A DNA stretch of 64,000 bases from Macrostomum hystrix (taxonomy: Eukaryota > Animalia > Platyhelminthes), in contig CATNEN010000007.1 of NCBI GenBank assembly GCA_950097015.1, positions 11,036,001 to 11,100,000 on the forward strand, written 5' to 3'. Under the pieces are notes generated by a model, which made no database searches, had not been told where the DNA came from, and saw nothing but the letters and a program-made list of their open reading frames with translations. Positions 61,901-64,000 of the stretch are shown here, one piece after another (position 1 is the stretch's first letter; each line of letters opens with the position of its first letter). The position numbers and the translations under genes are program-made.

Positions 61901-63443
61901 GCCCGACCCCGCGGCGGCTGCCACTGCCGCTGCCACCGCCGCTGCCACCGCATCGGCAACAGCGCAGCGGCGCAGCATCACCGACTTCACACCCAGGCAG
62001 CTGGCGGAGCAGATCACTCTTATGGACTCCAGGCTGTACAGGCGCATTGAGATTCAGGTAGGTGTCCGCTTTTCCACTCCAACATTACCCAAGCCACTCC
62101 AGCATTACCCAAGCCACTCCAGCATTACCCAAGCCACTCCAGCATTACCCAAGCCACTCCAGCATTACCCAAGCCACTCCAGCATTACCCAAGCCACTCC
62201 AGCATTACCCAAGCCACTCCAGCATTACCCAAGCCACTCCAGCATTACCCAAGCCACTCCAGCATTACCCAAGCCACTCCAGCATTACCCAAGCCACTCC
62301 AGCATTACCCAAGCCACTCCAGCATTACCCAAGCCACTCCAGAATTACCCAAGCCACTCCAGCATTGCCCTAGCCACTCCAGCATTGCCCTAGCCATCCC
62401 ATATCAACTCGCAGGAGTACTTGGCATTCGTCCGCGGCCGCAGCCGGGAGCAGTTTGCCAACCTGCAGGCCTTCATCAACTCATTCAACCGGCTCGGCTT
62501 CTGGGTGAAGACGCTGGTGCTGGGCTCCAAGACCACCAAGATGAAGGAGCGCCAGCGGCTGCTCAGCTACTTCCTGAAGGTGGCCGACGAGCTTAAGCGG
62601 CTGCACAACTTCAACTCGCACCTGGCCATCGTGTTCAGCCTCATCAGCCTGGACCAGCTGCCTTGGCCAGGCCGGTCCGTGCGGCAGCGGCTGCGCGCCC
62701 TCACCAGCTGCCTGGGCGACCAGGCCGCCTTCGCCAGAGACTACTTCCGCAACATGGGCTCCACCGAGCCGCCGCTGGTGCCCCACGTCGGCGAGGTGCT
62801 GAAGTACCTCACCCGCATTCACGAGGGCGCCGTTGGCGGCGACGAGGCGTCTAAGCTGCCGCCCGATTATCCGATCGGCCGGGCCCAGCAGCTGAGCCTG
62901 ACGCCCGTCATCAACTACTGGAAGTACTGGGTGTCCTTTAACTGCCTGGACTTCTGCATCCGGTTCAAGCGCTACTCAGCAAATGCCATGTGAGCCATCC
63001 GTGACTCACTATCATGCTCCAGTAGATGTACCATTCAGTAGGTGTGCCATCAGGTGATTCAGTAGGTGTGCCATCAGGTGATTCAGTAGGTGTGCCATCA
63101 GGTGATTCAGTAGGTGTGCCATCAGGTGATTCAGTAGGTGTGCCAGCAGGTGATTCAGTAGGTGTGCCATCAGGTGATTCAGTAGGTGTGCCATCAGGTG
63201 ATTCAGTAGGTGTGCCAGCAGGTGATTCAGTAGGTGTGCCATCAGGTGATTCAGTAGGTGTGATTCAGTAGCCATCGAACTGACAGCCAGCAGCTTGAGT
63301 CACCTGCCATCCCCGCCGGCAGGCACTATCCGTTCGCCTTGAACCCGGAGCTGCTGGCCTGCCTGAACAATTTCGACGGCGCCCTGTCGGAGCCGGCGCT
63401 CAATGACCTCATGGACCAGGTGCGCCAGAAGTACATTAAATGA
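52915..63443 (+). CDS. RAPGEF1: C3G/RAPGEF1-like Ras-family GEF, ~980 aa, 9 exons
   Basis: Exons 52915-52977, 53144-53322, 53441-53591, 57843-57889, 58473-59200, 60857-61635, 61758-62057, 62415-62989 and 63323-63443 (phase-consistent, 2943 nt). Helical N-terminal domain, proline-rich PPPKP, C3G-like YMQML..Y. REM domain VRAGPLDALLVHA..LFCESF..TYR.F. CDC25 domain LAEQITLMD..FN...WV..HNFNS..PPLVPH.G..INY.K. Confidence 0.8.
53702..55416. repeat. 30-bp intronic minisatellite (GAACTGTGTCGGGGGAAGTGACAGGCTACC), ~57 copies
   Basis: Directly visible. Confidence 0.97.
56502..57210. repeat. 31-bp intronic minisatellite (GCTCAGCGGTGTGAGCCACTCTCACTGCTGT), ~23 copies, self-complementary unit
   Basis: Directly visible. 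Degenerates at the right edge. Confidence 0.96.
60751..60865 (+). repeat. 31-bp repeat (~3.7 copies) duplicating a splice acceptor plus exon start
   Basis: Unit CATCACACTGCAG|TGAACCAGTGCTGTCACC. The last copy runs into the exon at 60857. Confidence 0.9.
62073..62395. repeat. 20-bp intronic minisatellite (CCACTCCAGCATTACCCAAG), ~16 copies
   Basis: Occupies ~90% of intron 62058-62414. Confidence 0.96.
63033..63270. repeat. 24-bp intronic minisatellite (GATTCAGTAGGTGTGCCATCAGGT), ~10 copies
   Basis: Occupies most of the last RasGEF intron. Confidence 0.95.
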
Positions 63444-64000
63444 CGTGCAATGATTTTGTCATTGCGCTGAGAAGTTCAAGCGATTCACGTAATGAGATGA
63501 GAATGAGAAAGCAGATCTGGATTCTTGTCAAAATATTATTGCAATCAACATTTATAATTCAATATATTGCAATATTTATCATTGTTTTCTGTGTTCATAT
63601 CTGTGTTACGGATCTCCTGTCCCAGTCCCAATATTCTCATGGCCTCATCTTACTACTAATAGCGGCAGTAGCAGTAAATTTGCTGCAGTTACCGAAGCGA
63701 AATTCCGATCTCTCTGACTGTCTCTGCCGTGCATTTTGCGCCGAACCTGCGAGGCCACCCGTGTCCAGCCATCGAACTGACAGCCAGCAGCTTGAACTGC
63801 TGCTCCCCAGGCATTTCGTTTGCAAGCTTCCGCATACTCAGTGTGTCTTAGGCTGAGCCTACTACTCACTGGTCTGTAGCTGCAATGCTGTTTCAACTGA
63901 ATGTATTCCTCATGCGGCATAATTTTTATTTGCAGTTATTGAATGCGTCACAGTGTTATCACGATACTCTTGAGCAATAGATGAATTGAATAATACTGAG

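Overview
Eukaryotic (metazoan) genomic DNA with GC-rich spliced exons, canonical GT-AG introns and about 24% tandem minisatellite (18 unrelated families, by manual count). The style resembles a free-living flatworm such as Macrostomum; this is an inference I cannot verify. Gene models I assembled by hand, with frame-consistent splice sites: an intronless alpha-1,3-fucosyltransferase (+); a 58-aa single-pass membrane microprotein missed by the ORF track (-); a 3-exon secreted EF-hand orphan protein (-); a 7-exon, ~1138-aa TRPM-like channel carrying 5-6 N-terminal ankyrin repeats where MHR1/2 would normally be (-); a compact LRP12/LRP3/LRP10-like CUB-LDLa receptor (-); HYLS1 (-); a BTB-BACK(-PHR-like) protein (-); and a 9-exon C3G/RAPGEF1-like RasGEF (+). 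Mobile DNA: a young full-length Gypsy LTR retrotransposon (191-bp LTRs, GTAG TSD, iMet PBS, -1 frameshift signal, one nonsense codon in integrase) inside a minisatellite; two identical tRNA-derived SINE copies inside another minisatellite; hAT-like, Mutator-like and fold-back MITEs; a decayed Harbinger-like element; and a LINE RT fragment. Most interesting: the ankyrin-TRPM chimera, the two orphan proteins, minisatellites that abut or duplicate splice acceptors, and acceptor sites directly before start codons (possible SL trans-splicing).
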